DNA of 64,000 bases from the NCBI GenBank assembly GCA_051313645.2, contig JBNRSN020000007.1:74462001-74526000 (forward strand), given 5' to 3'. The position numbers and the translations under genes are program-made. Every line of letters starts with the position of its first letter. Position 1 is the stretch's first letter. The notes beneath the pieces were generated by a model that saw only the letters and a list, made by a program, of their open reading frames with translations, ran no database searches and was not told the origin of the DNA. The DNA comes from Centroscyllium fabricii. Lineage: Eukaryota. Of the stretch, positions 1 through 12,899 are shown one piece after another.

Positions 1-126
1 AAATTTAAATTAATCACCTTTTTCAAAAGACATTGGGAACTGGTATGTATAGAGCTCTGTTCCATTCCTATCTATCCAGTCATAGTCAGAGAATCACCTG
101 CAATGATTGTCCTCACATCTCTCAAA

Positions 127-480
127 GGGCGGCACGGTGGCACAGTGGTTAGCATTGTTGTCTCACAGCACTGGAGACCCAGGTTCAAATCCAGCTTCGG
201 GTACTAACTGTGGAGTTTGCACATTCTCCCCGTGTCTGCGTGGGTTTCCTCCCACAGTCCAAAGATGTGCGGGTTAGGTTGATTGGCCATGATAAATTGA
301 CCCTTAGTGTTGGGGGGATTGAATATATGGGGATAGGGTGGGATATGTGTTGATGCAGGCTCGATAGGGATTTGGGGAGGGCAGGGGCGGGGTACTGGGT
401 TTGGATGATCAGCCATGATCTCATTGAATGGCAGAGCAGGCTCGAATGGCCTACTCCTGCTCCTAGTTTCTATGTTTCTA
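127..480 (+). mobile_element. HE1-type tRNA-derived V-SINE
   Basis: tRNA-like head (GGTGGCACAGTGGTTAGC...GGTTCAAATCC), V-domain (GGAGTTTGCACATTCTCCCCGTGTCTGCGTGGGTTTCCTCC) and CR1-type tail; repeated several times in the window. Confidence 0.85.
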
Positions 481-1615
481 ATGGCTTCTCTTCCTGCTCC
501 CTCACCATTGCCTGTGGGATCTTTGGGCCCTTCCTATTTCTTGTCCACATGCTGCCCCTGTGCATCATCTGAAAACACATTGGGTTCCACATGTATGTTG
601 ACAAAACCCAGCTCTACCTCCTCGCATCTCTCAACCCTTCCACTGCCTCTGATTTTTGTCAGGCTGCTTGTTACACATCCAGTATTTGATGAGCAGAAAT
701 TTCCTCCAATTAAACATTGGGAAGACCAAAGACAACGGCTTCGGTCCCTGCTACAAACTCTGTTCCCTAGCCACTGATTCCATCACTTTCCCTGGCCACT
801 GAGGTTGAACCAGACTGTTTGCAACCTTGCTGTCCTATTTGACCCTTAGCTGAGCCATCGCCCCCATGTCCTCTCCATCGCCCCCATGTCCTCTCCATCG
901 CCCCCATGTCCTCTCCATCGCCCCCATGTCCTCTCCATCGCCCCCATGTCCTCTCCATCGCCCCCATGTCCTCTCCATCGCCCCCATGTCCTCTCCATCG
1001 CCCCCATGTCCTCTCCATCGCCCCCATGTCCTCTCCATCGCCCCCAACGCCTGCTTCCACTCATCTGCTGAAACTCTCCTCCATGCCTTTAGTATCTATA
1101 TACTTGACTCTTCCAATGCCCTCCTGGCTGGCCTCCCACCTTGTTCACTCTAAACTTGTGCTCCTCCAAAACTCTGCTGCTGGTATCCTAACTCACCCCA
1201 AGTCTTGTTCACCCATTGCTCCTCCCTGCCCTACTACATTGTCTCCTGTCTGGCAATGCCTTTTTTTACCCATCCTTTGTTTTCAAATCTCTTGTCTGTC
1301 CCTATCTCTCACCTCCTAAAGCTGTCTGAGATCTCTGGGTTCGTCTAATTCGGGCCTCTTGTGCATCCCAGATACTAACTGCACAACCAGCAATGGTGGA
1401 GTGTTCAGCTGCCAAGGCCCTAAGCTCTAGAATTTCCTGCCTCTCTACCCCTCTTTTAAGACACTTTTTTAAAACCTACTTCAATTTGACCAAGCTTTTG
1501 GTCATCTGACCTAAAATCTCCTTATGTGGCTCGGTGTCAAAAACCATCACATTCCTGTGAAGTGCTTTGGGACATGTTGGTATGTTAAAGGTGCTGTGTA
1601 AATTCAAGTTCTTAT
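481..1615 (+). mobile_element. Degenerate L2 LINE 3' fragment
   Basis: Near 586-620 reads like the RT motif FHMY(A)D(D)TQLYL; L2-like 3' end GGGACATG...AAAGGTGCTGTGTAAAT. Confidence 0.65.
855..1046. repeat. 20-bp minisatellite (CCATCGCCCCCATGTCCTCT) x ~9.6
   Basis: Perfect tandem copies read directly from the sequence. Confidence 0.97.
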
Positions 1616-2199
1616 TTCAATTTAGTGGGTTGAAATGAGTTGACTAGGATTGGTTCTAACTTCTACAAAGGGAACATTTTGCCAAAGATGTACGTGAGGC
1701 TTGCTGTTTCTGTATTACTTGCAAATTGCCAGTGGAAGGTTCGGCCTCCTTCTGCGATGTGATGGCCTCCAACTTTCTAGTCAGTTGAGGAAATCCTTGA
1801 GTGAGATGGCAGGGTGGGGGCTGGTGGGAAGACATAAAGTGAAAGTTCATCAGCATTAAATTCTGCAATGTGACTTTTTTCTTTAAGGGGTTCTGGAAAT
1901 GTAAACATTCACAAAGTTAGGCTCCCTGTATTTAGATTTGTCTTTTCTGTGCCAAAAGCAGAATGGCTGCCTGATGGTAGTTGGCCAATAGAGTAATCCC
2001 CATTCTGAGTTTAGAGAATAGTTAGGTCTATGTAATCATTGGCACCAAAGCAGAAATGGATCGGTTGTTACTATGGTTAGCCTATGATATAGTGAACTGC
2101 ACAAACTGCAATAATGAAAACCGTAGTTTGAAGCACCTGAACCTGTGACGTGGCTGTGTTTCATAGATGTGGCTTATAAGTGTCCAGACTAATTAATAC

Positions 2200-2331
2200 N
2201 NNNNNNNNNNNNNNNNNNNNNNNNNNNNNNNNNNNNNNNNNNNNNNNNNNNNNNNNNNNNNNNNNNNNNNNNNNNNNNNNNNNNNNNNNNNNNNNNNNNN
2301 NNNNNNNNNNNNNNNNNNNNNNNNNNNNNNN
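2200..2331. other. Assembly gap (132 N)
   Basis: Run of N. Confidence 1.
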
Positions 2332-2460
2332 CATTCGGCCCTTCGAGCCTGCTCCGCCATTCAATGAGATCATGGCTGATCCTTCAGTTCAGTATCCCGT
2401 CCCTGCCTTCTCTCCGTAACCTTTAACCCCTTTTGCCTGCAGAAATTTATCTAATTGCTT
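2332..2460 (-). mobile_element. CR1/HE1-type 3' tail fragment next to the gap
   Basis: CATTCGGCCCTTCGAGCCTGCTCCGCCATTCAATGAGATCATGGCTGATC, also found in the SINE and CR1 tails here. Confidence 0.75.
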
Positions 2461-4204
2461 TGACTGAAATTATATATGTAAATTTTAAATTGTAATGTTT
2501 CATGCTTTATTTCTCCCTCTGGGCTGTGGGGAGGGAGAGAAATGGGTGTTAACACTCTTTCTCTCCCCCCCCCCCCCCCCCCCCCCCCCCCTACTGCTGC
2601 TCTGGCTAACTTGGCACATCACCAAGTTGCACTTTTTGGGCTGCCTTTTATCTGTAGGGTATGGGATTTGGTAGTGTGCTGCAAAGCTCGATCTTTTCCC
2701 CCTCCTATCTCTTATATCTATCTCTTTTACATTGCATAATGTAATTGATGGAACGGAACAGCGTACATCTATTGAGAGCCAGCCCATAGATCAGTGGAAT
2801 ACTTCATCGAAAGCAGCAAAACGATTCTATAACTCCTGAAACCATGTATCCTTGGTTTCTAAATCATCACACATGTTCACAAGAGGTTCAATTGTTCGAA
2901 CTGCATATGTTTCAGTGGATTTGCCATCTGGCAGAGGCAGCTGTCCTACCATCCAGTAGCACATATTTTGCAACTTCCCGTCCAAGTGACTGTGTTGAGC
3001 TTCTATTTAGAAATATAGATTTGATTTGTTTTCTTTCCACATGCTTGTCCTTTTTTAGGATATATAACTTGACCTTTTTTTATTTTGTGATCGTCCCCTT
3101 CATCTGCTTCTTGAATTTGCTAGTTTCTGTACGGCCTGACACGTACTTTCTTCCTTCTTTCTGTATGAGAGCCAAAAGTTTGGGTCTGCTGCAAGTAACA
3201 GCAAAAGTGAAGAGAATTCTGTTGGGATTTACAGAGCATTTCTTTGTGCCAACAGATCAGCCCTGTAGTATTACTAACAAAGTAGTATAGTGATGGTCCT
3301 TATAGCAGTAATCAGTTGAACTTCTTTTAATAATGAATTTTGTCAGTGACTTTCTTAGCATAGAAGAATTACTGCTTCTGAGGCTGTGTTACCTAGCAAG
3401 TTTGAGAAGGTCATCGAACCTCCCTAGGAGCTGATGATATTTGCAAGCTCCACTAGTGGGGCCTCAATGCTGTAATTGCTTTCCAGTAGTTTATTATTTA
3501 CAACCTTTCACTATGTTGAACTTGATGATTATTAAGTGGCTTAATGCGCAGCACCAATGGGTAATGTCCTGTACCCTTTGAATGTTTCAAACAAAATTAT
3601 CACGTTTCTTTCATATAAACTTAAAATAAAACTCCCATGGGAGCATTTATGAAAGCCTCTTTTTAAAAAGATAGTGGTTGACCTATGAATGGACTTACCA
3701 TTACACTGGGTTAAAATATAACAAAAAAAAAAGCTAGAAGTTACAATCCTGCATGAAGCTTCTATAGTTGGTATTTAAGAAGGTCTTGTGTATAATTGGT
3801 ACTGTGCAATAATTCTAAATGTATGCTCTGGCAACAATTAAGTCTACTGTGTACTTATACCTGGGTAGGAAGATAATGTGATAAAACAAACCAGGGAGGA
3901 GGGAAGAAGCAATAACTTAACCAATACATGCAGCACTATCTTGACCGGATTCACTTGCAATCCAAATTACATAATAGTGGGTTGCTGTTTTTCAACTACT
4001 TAATGCGGCTTTTGTGATATGTTCAGTGGCTAAAGTTCACAATGGTGATCATGGCTGGGTCCTGGATTTGATTCCTTGTCTGGGTGGAGTTTGCAGATCT
4101 TGTCCTTCAGGAGAAATGGGGAAAGGAGAGAATTAGCAGAAAAAAGTTAACCTATTTATTTTTCTTCCATCAACTTCTGTCTGTATTTGGCCTCAAAGCA
4201 GATA

Positions 4205-4800
4205 CAGGTTGAACACTGTTTATCCAGCAACTTCAGTCGTCCGACATAAACTGCCCCGACTGCAATGCGCGTGTGCAAACTGGCTGCCGCGATCGATGCT
4301 TCGGTGAATGATCTGTGCATGCACTCGCTGTTCGGCACATGTGCAGATCATTCAAAACTTTGCAGCGGACATTTCAAATGGTAAGGATCTGCCTGGGCCT
4401 CTTCTTTTTTTTTTTTTTTTTATGATTGTGAGGTGCGGGAGAGTCCCATCCTGTCTACCTGGTGAGCTGAGCAGAGGGATCTTTGCACGGCGGGTTCTGG
4501 GCCGTGGGTTGTTTTTGTCCCCACAGAGCTCTGGCTCCCTGTGCATTTATTGTAATGCATTACAGGGATTCCACGGGTTTGCTTTTTGAATTGGTGCAGT
4601 AGCTGCCATTTACCATAATGTATGGACTCTGGCTGCAGCTACACTGCAGGTGATCAAAACTTCCGGCCGCCATTTCCAATGTTGTGCGCATGCGTGCTGG
4701 CTGGCTTCATTCTTCCGGTTTTTTCGCTATACTGCTGTGGGCCCAGTCCTGTACCAATCTTGGTGAGAGTTGGGCTTTGTCTTTTTAAGCTTTAACTGTA
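4205..4800 (+). mobile_element. Degenerate Tc1/mariner-pogo (Tigger-like) MITE, GCGCATGCGC family
   Basis: Starts TA-CAGGTTGAACAC; internal sequence aligns by eye with 51349-51722. Confidence 0.6.
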
Positions 4801-4889
4801 GCCATTCTGTGGCATAAAAAAAAACAAAAAAACTTTGCGCTTAGTTTTTTGTAGTATTCTACATTAAAGGAACGATATGAAAACAGGTT

Positions 4890-5420
4890 AAAATCCGTTT
4901 TCTAGTACAGAAGTGGCTCCTCCTATGGCCCTCTGGGCAGATGCAGCTTCAATTTCTGCTATGAAGAGTGCTTCAGCTATGAAGAGAGACTGGACAGGCT
5001 GGGGTTGTTTTCCTTTGAGCAGAAGGCTGAGGGGAGAGACCTGATGAGTTGTACAAAATTGAGGGGCATAGATAGAAAGGGACTTTTCCACCTTTTTAGT
5101 AGAGGGGTCAGTAACAAAGGGGCATAGTTTCAAAGTAAGGGGCAGGAGGTTTAGAGGGGATTTGGGCAGGAGGTTTAGAGGGGATTTGATAGAAAAACCT
5201 ATTCACCCAGAGGGTGGTTGGAATCTGGAACTCACTGCCAGAAAGGGTGGTAGCAGCAGGAACCCTCCCATTCAAGAAGCATTTTAGATGAGCACTTTAA
5301 ATGCTATAGCATACAACGCTACAGACCAAGTGCTGGAAAATGGGATTAGAGTAGTCAGGGCTTGATGGCTGGTGTAGACACGATGGGCCAAAGGACCTCT
5401 TTCTGTGCTGTATAACTGAC
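4890..5420 (+). mobile_element. CR1 LINE 3' fragment
   Basis: SYEERLDRLGLFSFEQRRLRGD-like end of ORF2 followed by a CR1 3' UTR. Confidence 0.8.
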
Positions 5421-5874
5421 TCAATGCCTAGTTGGGAGATGTTGCTTTGAGTGAGGAATTCATGCTGGTGCTAAAGGACCCTCTCGTACAACTATTAGTT
5501 CTATGGTTTTCCATCAGACCACCCTCCCCCTCCACCCTTTTGGTTACGGGGTAATGTGTGCCTCCACCTGGCAACTGTCAGTAGGATGATTTGAAATCCG
5601 ATGCTCATTATGTGAAATCTTGGACTCTGACTGTCTCAGTATTTTGTGATGCAGCATTTGAGCATGACCCTTGAGTTATTGGTTAGGCTTGAGTCCTTCA
5701 ACAGTGTATAACACTGAACTATAGTCAGGATTGCTGCTCTTAATCATTATTCTGTGATCCTTGGAAAGTGGAAGATGGATAAGGCCATGCTGTGATACCC
5801 TGCATAGCTGATTATTTTGTGAACACTCAGTCTAAGCTTCATTTCTGAAAGTGAGATGCTTTGAAAGAGAATTG

Positions 5875-6255
5875 CATTGAGTGCCTTTCATGACGTCCCA
5901 AAGCACTCTGCAGCCAATGAAGTACTTTTGAAGTGTAGTCACTTTAATGTAGGAAACGCAGCAGCCAATTTGCGCGCGGCAAGCTCCTCCAAACAGCAAT
6001 GTGATGACCAGATTTTTTTGTGATGTTGATTTGAGGGATTAACTATTGGCTAGGACACTGGGGATAACTTCCCCTGCACTTCTTTGAAATAGTGCCATAG
6101 GATCTTTTATGCCCACCTGAGGGCAGACAGGGCCTCGGTTTAATGTCTCATCCAAAAGGCAGTACTGCATTGGAGTGTTAGTCTAGATTTTTGTGCTCGA
6201 GTCTCTGGTGCAACTTGACCCCACAACCTTCTGACTGAAGTGAGGGTGCTACCGG
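5875..6255 (-). mobile_element. Deu-domain SINE (SacSINE1-like)
   Basis: tRNA-like head near 6250, Deu-like core, L2-type tail; related copies at about 6385-6775, 7455-7620 and 45690-45960. Confidence 0.65.
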
Positions 6256-6384
6256 CAGCAAGAGTCAAATCTCAAGGGGAAGAGGGGGAGACAATGACAT
6301 TGAAGACCAATCTTGGGGAGGGACAGATGAGGATCACCCATTTATACATTGGTCATGTGTTTGATTTAAACAGTTCTCAATAAA

Positions 6385-6775
6385 TCCTTGCATTTCTATA
6401 GTACCCACTGCAGGAGATCCCACTGCTTCACAGCCAGTAAATTGCTTCTGAAGTGTGGTAATTTTTGGTTTGCAGACAAATGTGGCAGCTAATTTGTGAG
6501 GGGTCTTGAACAGTAAGGTAAATGATCATTTGATCTGTGTTTTGAGGGATAAATGTTGACCAAGACACCAGGAGATATTTTCTGCTCTTGCCATAGGATT
6601 TATGTCTGCCTAAATGAGTAGCTAGGGCTTCTGATTAACCAAAGCATGGCATTTTTGACAATGCAGCACTCATGCAGTACTGTGCTTCCTCAATTTGGAT
6701 AACATGCTCCAGTCCCTAAATTGTTGTGCCTTGAACCCACAACCTTCAGCCTAAGTGCTACCATTGGGCCAAGCT
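6385..6775 (-). mobile_element. Older Deu-domain SINE copy
   Basis: Colinear with 5875-6255 but more diverged. Confidence 0.55.
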
Positions 6776-8055
6776 CACCCTTTCAGAATAACTTCATCGT
6801 TTTAAAATCGTATCAGCATTTCAAATCTGCATTCTCACTGAATTTCGTTCCCCTGCCCTCCTTTGCTGACTTCACTAATTGTTTGCAATGGCCAAAATTA
6901 TTTTGGGATTTCCCATGACTTAAGTAGTGTAGTGTGGTGCCCCACCCAAAGCAGCATTTTTAAATGTGAAGTCAGTTCTGCTTTCCTGTAACTAGACAGT
7001 TTTTATACTAGTCAGGTGGCCTGGTGACCTTGCTGGATACCTATTCAGATATAATTTTAAAATAGCTCTGTCTCTTGCAGGATGTGACTCAGACAGTGAT
7101 TTCAAAGGAGTGGGCTCACTGCCTCTGATTCTACCACTAAGTTACAGTGCTGGTTTTTAAAATCTAGTTTTCTTGAAACACTTTAAAACAGCACTGATAA
7201 GTTTGAAATGTAAGATATTTATTGCTAGGGTACAGTTTGATATATACTGGCAGCCATACCCAAGTCTTTGTGATCCTAAACATTTAGTGTAACCAATGCA
7301 TTAAAGATCTGTTAGATCAGCTCACTGCAATATGGATGGTGTATTTACCCACAAGACCATGGCGGGAACTTGGTTGTGTTTTTAATGGCCTGCGTCATAC
7401 ATTGCCCAAGACTCTTTACAACTAGCTGCTGCTAGTAGGTGTAAAAAGAAAGGAAGACTTAAATTTGTATAGCGCCTTTTACAACCACTGGACGTGTCGA
7501 AGTGCTTTACAGCCAATGAAGTAGTCTTGGAAGTGTAATCACTGCTGTAATGTAGGAAACTTGCAGTAAGCTCCTACAAACAGCAATGTGATAATGACCA
7601 GATGATCTGTTTGTGATGTACCACAATAATGTAGTCACTTCATATAAAAATAATTGTGTTTGAGTTCCATTTGCAACAAGAGGTACTGTGGGATCCGAGG
7701 AGGCAGCTGATTTACAGAATGAGCTGAATAAAATATACAAATTAGCAGAGAAATGGCAAATGCAATTTAGCACCGATGCGTAAAGTACTGTGCATCAGAA
7801 GCAAAAAAGAAAGTGACCCACATACTCCATGAATAGCAAAGAAATGGAGGGACCTAGACAACGCAGCGAAGCAGTCAACAAAGCCAATAGAATGGTGAAC
7901 AACATAACCAAAATACAGTAATACAAAACCTGCCAGAGGAAGCTGCAGTCAAACCACATAGTGCTCAGATCAGCATGCACATTGAGTACTGCATCTAGTT
8001 TTTGTTGCTGAGGATAATGTTGCAGTGCAGTGAGAAGCCATGAGGCTGATTCCTA

Positions 8056-8640
8056 AACATACGAATTAGGAGCAGGAGTAGGCCACTCGTGCCCCTTGCA
8101 CCTGCTCTGCCATTCAATAAGATCATGGCTGAGCAGATTACTCCACATTCCCACCTACTCCTGAGAACCTTTCACCCTTGCTTATCAAGAATCTATCTAC
8201 CTCTGCCTTAAGACTCTGCTTCCACTGCCCTCTGAGGAAGAGCATTCTGAAGACTCATGACCCTTGGAGAAAGAAATTCTCCTTTTTAAATGGGTGCCCC
8301 CTTTATAAACCGTGACCCCCCCCCTGCAGTTTGAAATTCTCCCACAAGAGGAAACATCCTCCACATCCACCCTGTCCAGACCCCTCAGGATCTTCTATGT
8401 TTCAATCAAGTCACCTCTTGCTCTTCTAAACTCCAGCAGATACAAGCCTAGCCTGTCCAACCTTTCTTCGACAACACACCCATTCCAGGCATTAGTCTAG
8501 TAAATGTTCTCTGAACTGCTTCCAATGCGTTTACATCCTTCCTTAAATGAGACCAATACTGTACACCGTACTCCAGATGTCGTCTCTCCAATGCCCTGTA
8601 TAACTGAAGCATAACCTCCCTACTTTTGTATTTAACTCCC
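8056..8640 (-). mobile_element. CR1 LINE 3' fragment nested in an older + strand CR1 remnant (about 7620-8950)
   Basis: Reverse-complement CR1 tail (AGGAGCAGGAGTAGGCCACTC) and ORF2 remnant; the flanks continue an older CR1-like sequence. Confidence 0.7.
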
Positions 8641-9769
8641 TATGTTTCAAAATGAATGAGTTGAGGGTAGACTGGGGAACTCTGGACTTTACAGGCTGGA
8701 AATAGGGTATCTGCGTGCTAATCTTGTAAAGCTAGACAGTTATGGGAATGGATAAAGTAAATCTGGAATATTTTAATTGTAAGAGTAGGACCAGGACAAA
8801 TTTGGAGTAGTAATTTTAGGGACTGATGCCAAGAAATTCTTTACACTCCGATTAATGTGTGAAATAGTAATAAACTCTGGAATCTTTCAAGAGACCATTG
8901 GATGCTGAAATGGGGGACTAGTACGATCACCTGGTTAGACGAACTGTGGTCCTTATAAAATGTAATCTTGTTTGCTTTTGAATATCTTTATGGTTTGGGA
9001 TATTCCTTTCCTGCAGTGGTTGTTCTGTCGAATGTGCTGAATAAAAGCTTAATATTTAAATTGCCTTTAAATCGGGCCCTTCCACATCCCAGCCAGAAAA
9101 GATCTGGTCCAGTGTGGTGGTGGTACTACTTGCATATATTCAGAAGGTCCCAGATTCAGTTGGTGGTCTGTGCTGTATGAACAGATCTCCATTAGGACAG
9201 TAGTTGGGTTGCTACAAATGGTCTCAAGTGAGATTTCTGCTTCTAATGGTTCTTGAAGAGAGAGAAGTTTTGTTTGTGAATGGTGTGGGTACTACTGACA
9301 TTTCATTGTACAAAGTAATTGGGGGTATTGTACAATAATTTGCAGTATGCACATTAGCAGAATAGGATGTACAACTTTCCGGCTATAGCAGGATGTTGGC
9401 ACACTGCATCTGCTCTGCTGAACGACTTTCTAGCTTGTACTTTTGTTAAGCTAAAGCCAATGCATCTTATTGAGTACTGCAGAGCTATATCCACGCAAGA
9501 GTCTGTGCCTTCAGGAGAACTGGAAAGGGGGAGGACTGAAAATAAGGTCCCCTTTTAAATGGAAGGAAGGGGAAATAGAGGGACAAACTGAGGAATGCCT
9601 TATCCTGCTACCACCACCTGACATGGAGAGGGGGGGAAGAAAGGGAAGGGGGGGGAAGGAAAGGGTGGGGGGGGAAAGAGGGAAAGGGAAGGGAAGGGGG
9701 GGAAGGAAAGGGTGGGTGGGGGGGGGGGGAAGGGAGGGGGGGGTGGGAGGGAGGGAGCAGGGGGGAAAC

Positions 9770-10556
9770 AGACTTTGGTGCAAGGGCGGGAACCTGGCGG
9801 GGATTGGTTTGGCCGGCTTCCGGTCCCGCCCGCCCAAACAGCTGGGAAGCCCACGCAATTTTAGTTTAATGAGGTTGTTAAATCCCCGTCAGCAGGAGCG
9901 GGAGGTAATTGGGTCAATCAAGTTGGGCTGCAGCGGAGCTACGAGCACTGACAGTTCCAGTACTGGTTGTCAGTTCCCATGGAAACACTCCACTGTGACA
10001 TCACAGTGGAGTGGAGCCAATGGGAAAGGCCAAGTGCTGGTGACTGACAGGTGGGCGGGCGGGCTCCGATTCCCTCTCCGCTCGCACCGGCTGTGAGGAC
10101 TTGGTCAGAGATTGCTCAGTTTCTGTTCACAGCTGATGCTGAAGCCAGAACGGAGGTACTTACTACTCTGAGGTGCTGGAGGCATGCCAAGCATTTGGCA
10201 GCATGTCCTTCACACCTTTTAAAGGAGAAAGTAATAAATTCAAGAAGTCACAACACCAGGTTAGTCCAAAAGTTATAACCAGTGCTGTGCTCCCGCTGGG
10301 TTTCACCCAACGGGGTTTAAGGTGGCAGGGTTAGGGCTGAAAACAGGGCAAAATGGCTGAGGGCCCTTAAAATGGTATTAAAGATGCCTATTAAGGGCCC
10401 TTAACGAGGACCCATCCCCGCCGGTCAGCAGCAGGAAGGTTTCGGGGCGGAGAATTTGGGCAGGTGAAAATGGTGGGGGGAGGTTCCACCGGTTCTGCTA
10501 TTTTGCCGGCTGGGCCACCGAAAACCCCGCCTCACGGGGATGTGAAAATTCCCCCC
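9770..10556. mobile_element. Non-autonomous DNA element (Harbinger-like), related to 53062-53883
   Basis: Shared blocks CCCACGCAATTTT and GGGCCCTTAA...TTAAGGGCCC; terminus AAAATTCCCCCC. Confidence 0.5.
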
Positions 10557-10599
10557 ACGGTGTCCATTGGTATGCTCGAAGTCTTGGACACCCAACTGC

Positions 10600-10890
10600 A
10601 TTATTGAATCATATCGTAGAATCTCTTCAGTGCAGATAGAGGCCATTTTAGCCCATCGAGCCTGCACCGACACATATCCCACCCTATCCCTGTAACCCCA
10701 CATATTTAATCCCCCTAACACTAAGGGTCAATTTATCCTGGCCAATCAACCTAACCTGCACATCTTTGGACTGTGGGAGGGAACCGGAGCACCCGGAGGA
10801 AACCCACACAGACACGGTGAGAATGTGCAAACTCCACACAGATAGTACCCGAGGCTGGATTTGAACCCAGGCTCCTGGCGCTGAGACAAC
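10600..10890 (-). mobile_element. HE1-type V-SINE
   Basis: Reverse complement of the head and V-domain seen at 127-480. Confidence 0.8.
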
Positions 10891-11490
10891 AATCATGAAC
10901 AGCATTCTGATCTGGCTACACTTTTTTTTAAATTTTGGCTTGTTCCTTGTATTAGTGGTTGGGTGGCTGCTTTTGGTGGTGGTGGGAGGTGGGGGGGGAC
11001 TTGCCAGTTGTAGTGTTTTGTCTACTGGTATTGGGAAGACACCATTTGTCATTCTGGTCCTGTTAAAATAGACCAACACCTGAGTATTGATTGTGACAGT
11101 GGGCCAAAAATAATTAAATCAAATGTTAATTAAGTAATACTGTATAGAAACATAAGATGGGAGCAGGAGTTGGCCATTCGACCCCTTGAGCCTGCTCCGT
11201 CATTCAGTTGAGATCATGGTATAGCCAAACAAAATTTGTGACCATCAATCTTGTACCTTCTATGGTTTTGGAGTGTCCCTACCTATTGATTTCTAATCGT
11301 TTGGCAAGTGACTTTAATGCAGCAAAACATGCAGGGGCCATTTTTCTTTCAGGTGTCCCAATTAATGAATCCCTTCAATCGAAACAATGGTGCAGATTAA
11401 ATTTGAACCGCAGATTAAATTTGAACCGCTGATCTGTCTCTCTTCACCCATTCAAACATTGAAAAATTTCCAGCTGGTGACTAACAAAAC

Positions 11491-11918
11491 AATTCAATTC
11501 AATTCAAGTTTTATTGTCATTGCAGAGTACTAGTACAATACAATGAGACGAAGACTCGACTCTCCCGAGAGTAGTGCAAATAAAATAAATAAATTACATG
11601 CCAATTGCATACATTAAAGTACATGATCAGGCGTGCAGGTACCGGAGTTTATTTTTAGAGTTCAGGAGGCTGACCGCCCTGGGGAAGAAGCTGTTCTGAA
11701 ATCTAGTCGTGCGGGTGCAAATTGCTCTGTAGCGTCTCCCGGAGGGCAGGGGGGCGAACAGACTGTGGCTGGGGTGTGTGGGGTCTTTAATAATGTTCAT
11801 AGACCTCTAAGCAGCGTTTGAGGTAGATGCTTTCCATTGACGGTAGCTGTGTACCGGTAATTCGTTGGGCAGTTTTGACTACCCGCTGCAGGGTTTTCCG
11901 GTCCGAGATCGTGCAATT
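11491..11918 (-). mobile_element. 5'-truncated Rex1/Babar LINE 3' fragment
   Basis: Closely matches the reverse complement of 41100-41529, including the (TTGAA)n tail. Confidence 0.85.
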
Positions 11919-12899
11919 ATTTTGCTCAGCTCCAACTCTGTTTCTTGGCACTGCTATTCAGATTCTTAAATTTTAAAAGTTGCCAGTGAGCAGAGCTGAT
12001 TTTGTAAGACCAGTTGTTCTCACCAGTTAGAAACCAACTTCCTTCACTGGTGGGTGGAGAGAGGTACTTGAAAACATTGCTGATTTTTGAAGTGCCATTG
12101 AGGGGAAGTCTATCTCGAAGTGAGAATCATTTTATCCTCTTCACCTAATCATTACCTCCTGATTTTTTTATATTGACTCTTTTATTCCCTATGGCTCTTG
12201 ATCCTTCACCTGGACTTGAGTTTTAATAATCTTGCTATTTTGTGGGTGGGGGGAAGAAGAGAGGAAAGACATGTTCCAGAGTTTGTTCTATGTCGCCACA
12301 ACCAGTTTCCAACTGCTGTGTGATGGACCACTTGGTTGTATCCAACAGGGTTTGTATCTAGTAGATCCTCCTGTTGGTTTGGATTTGTAGGCATGAATGT
12401 GTTTTTTAATCAAAGCCAAAATGGGACATGGCTTTAATTAAATATAATCCTCACAAAAATTGCAAGCCCTTTCATGTGACTTAATTTGAGACCTGAGCCA
12501 GGCTGCAAGCTCGTGTTCTCTTCTGGGAATAAGAGACCAAAGATCCTAAGTTTTTTGCAACGTGTTTAAAAAAATAAAAATAAAAAAAAATAAAAATAAA
12601 AATTCTACCGCCTTTATGCTTGCTAGAAGAAATTTGCAGGAAAGAAGTGAAATATTTTACTTTATTCAGCACTGCCTGCTTCTGTTAATCAAACATAACC
12701 GTGGTAAAATTACACAACACTGGGGAAAATTAGTCAAGTATGTTACAAATATATAATGAGAATGTTAAAGCAAGGTGGGTCCCAGAGGTGAAGATTGTCA
12801 TTGTACATAATCAAAAAAAATGCCATAAGTACTTAGCATTGGTCTTTACTGAAGAAAAGGATATTGGAGAGGTTGAATTCTGAAATGGTTGCGTGATTA

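Noticed and set aside
127-200. tRNA gene
   Set aside because: A/B-box-like head of an HE1 SINE, continuing into SINE body with no complete cloverleaf
855-1046. CRISPR-like repeat array
   Set aside because: Units are directly adjacent with no spacers, and the context is vertebrate
767-1319. Several overlapping repetitive ORFs (MSSPSPPCPLHRP..., MGAMERTWGRWRG...)
   Set aside because: Translations of the stop-free 20-bp minisatellite, not genes
9470-10096. 208-aa Gly/Arg-rich ORF
   Set aside because: Low-complexity G-rich tract plus repeat sequence; no recognisable domain or splice context
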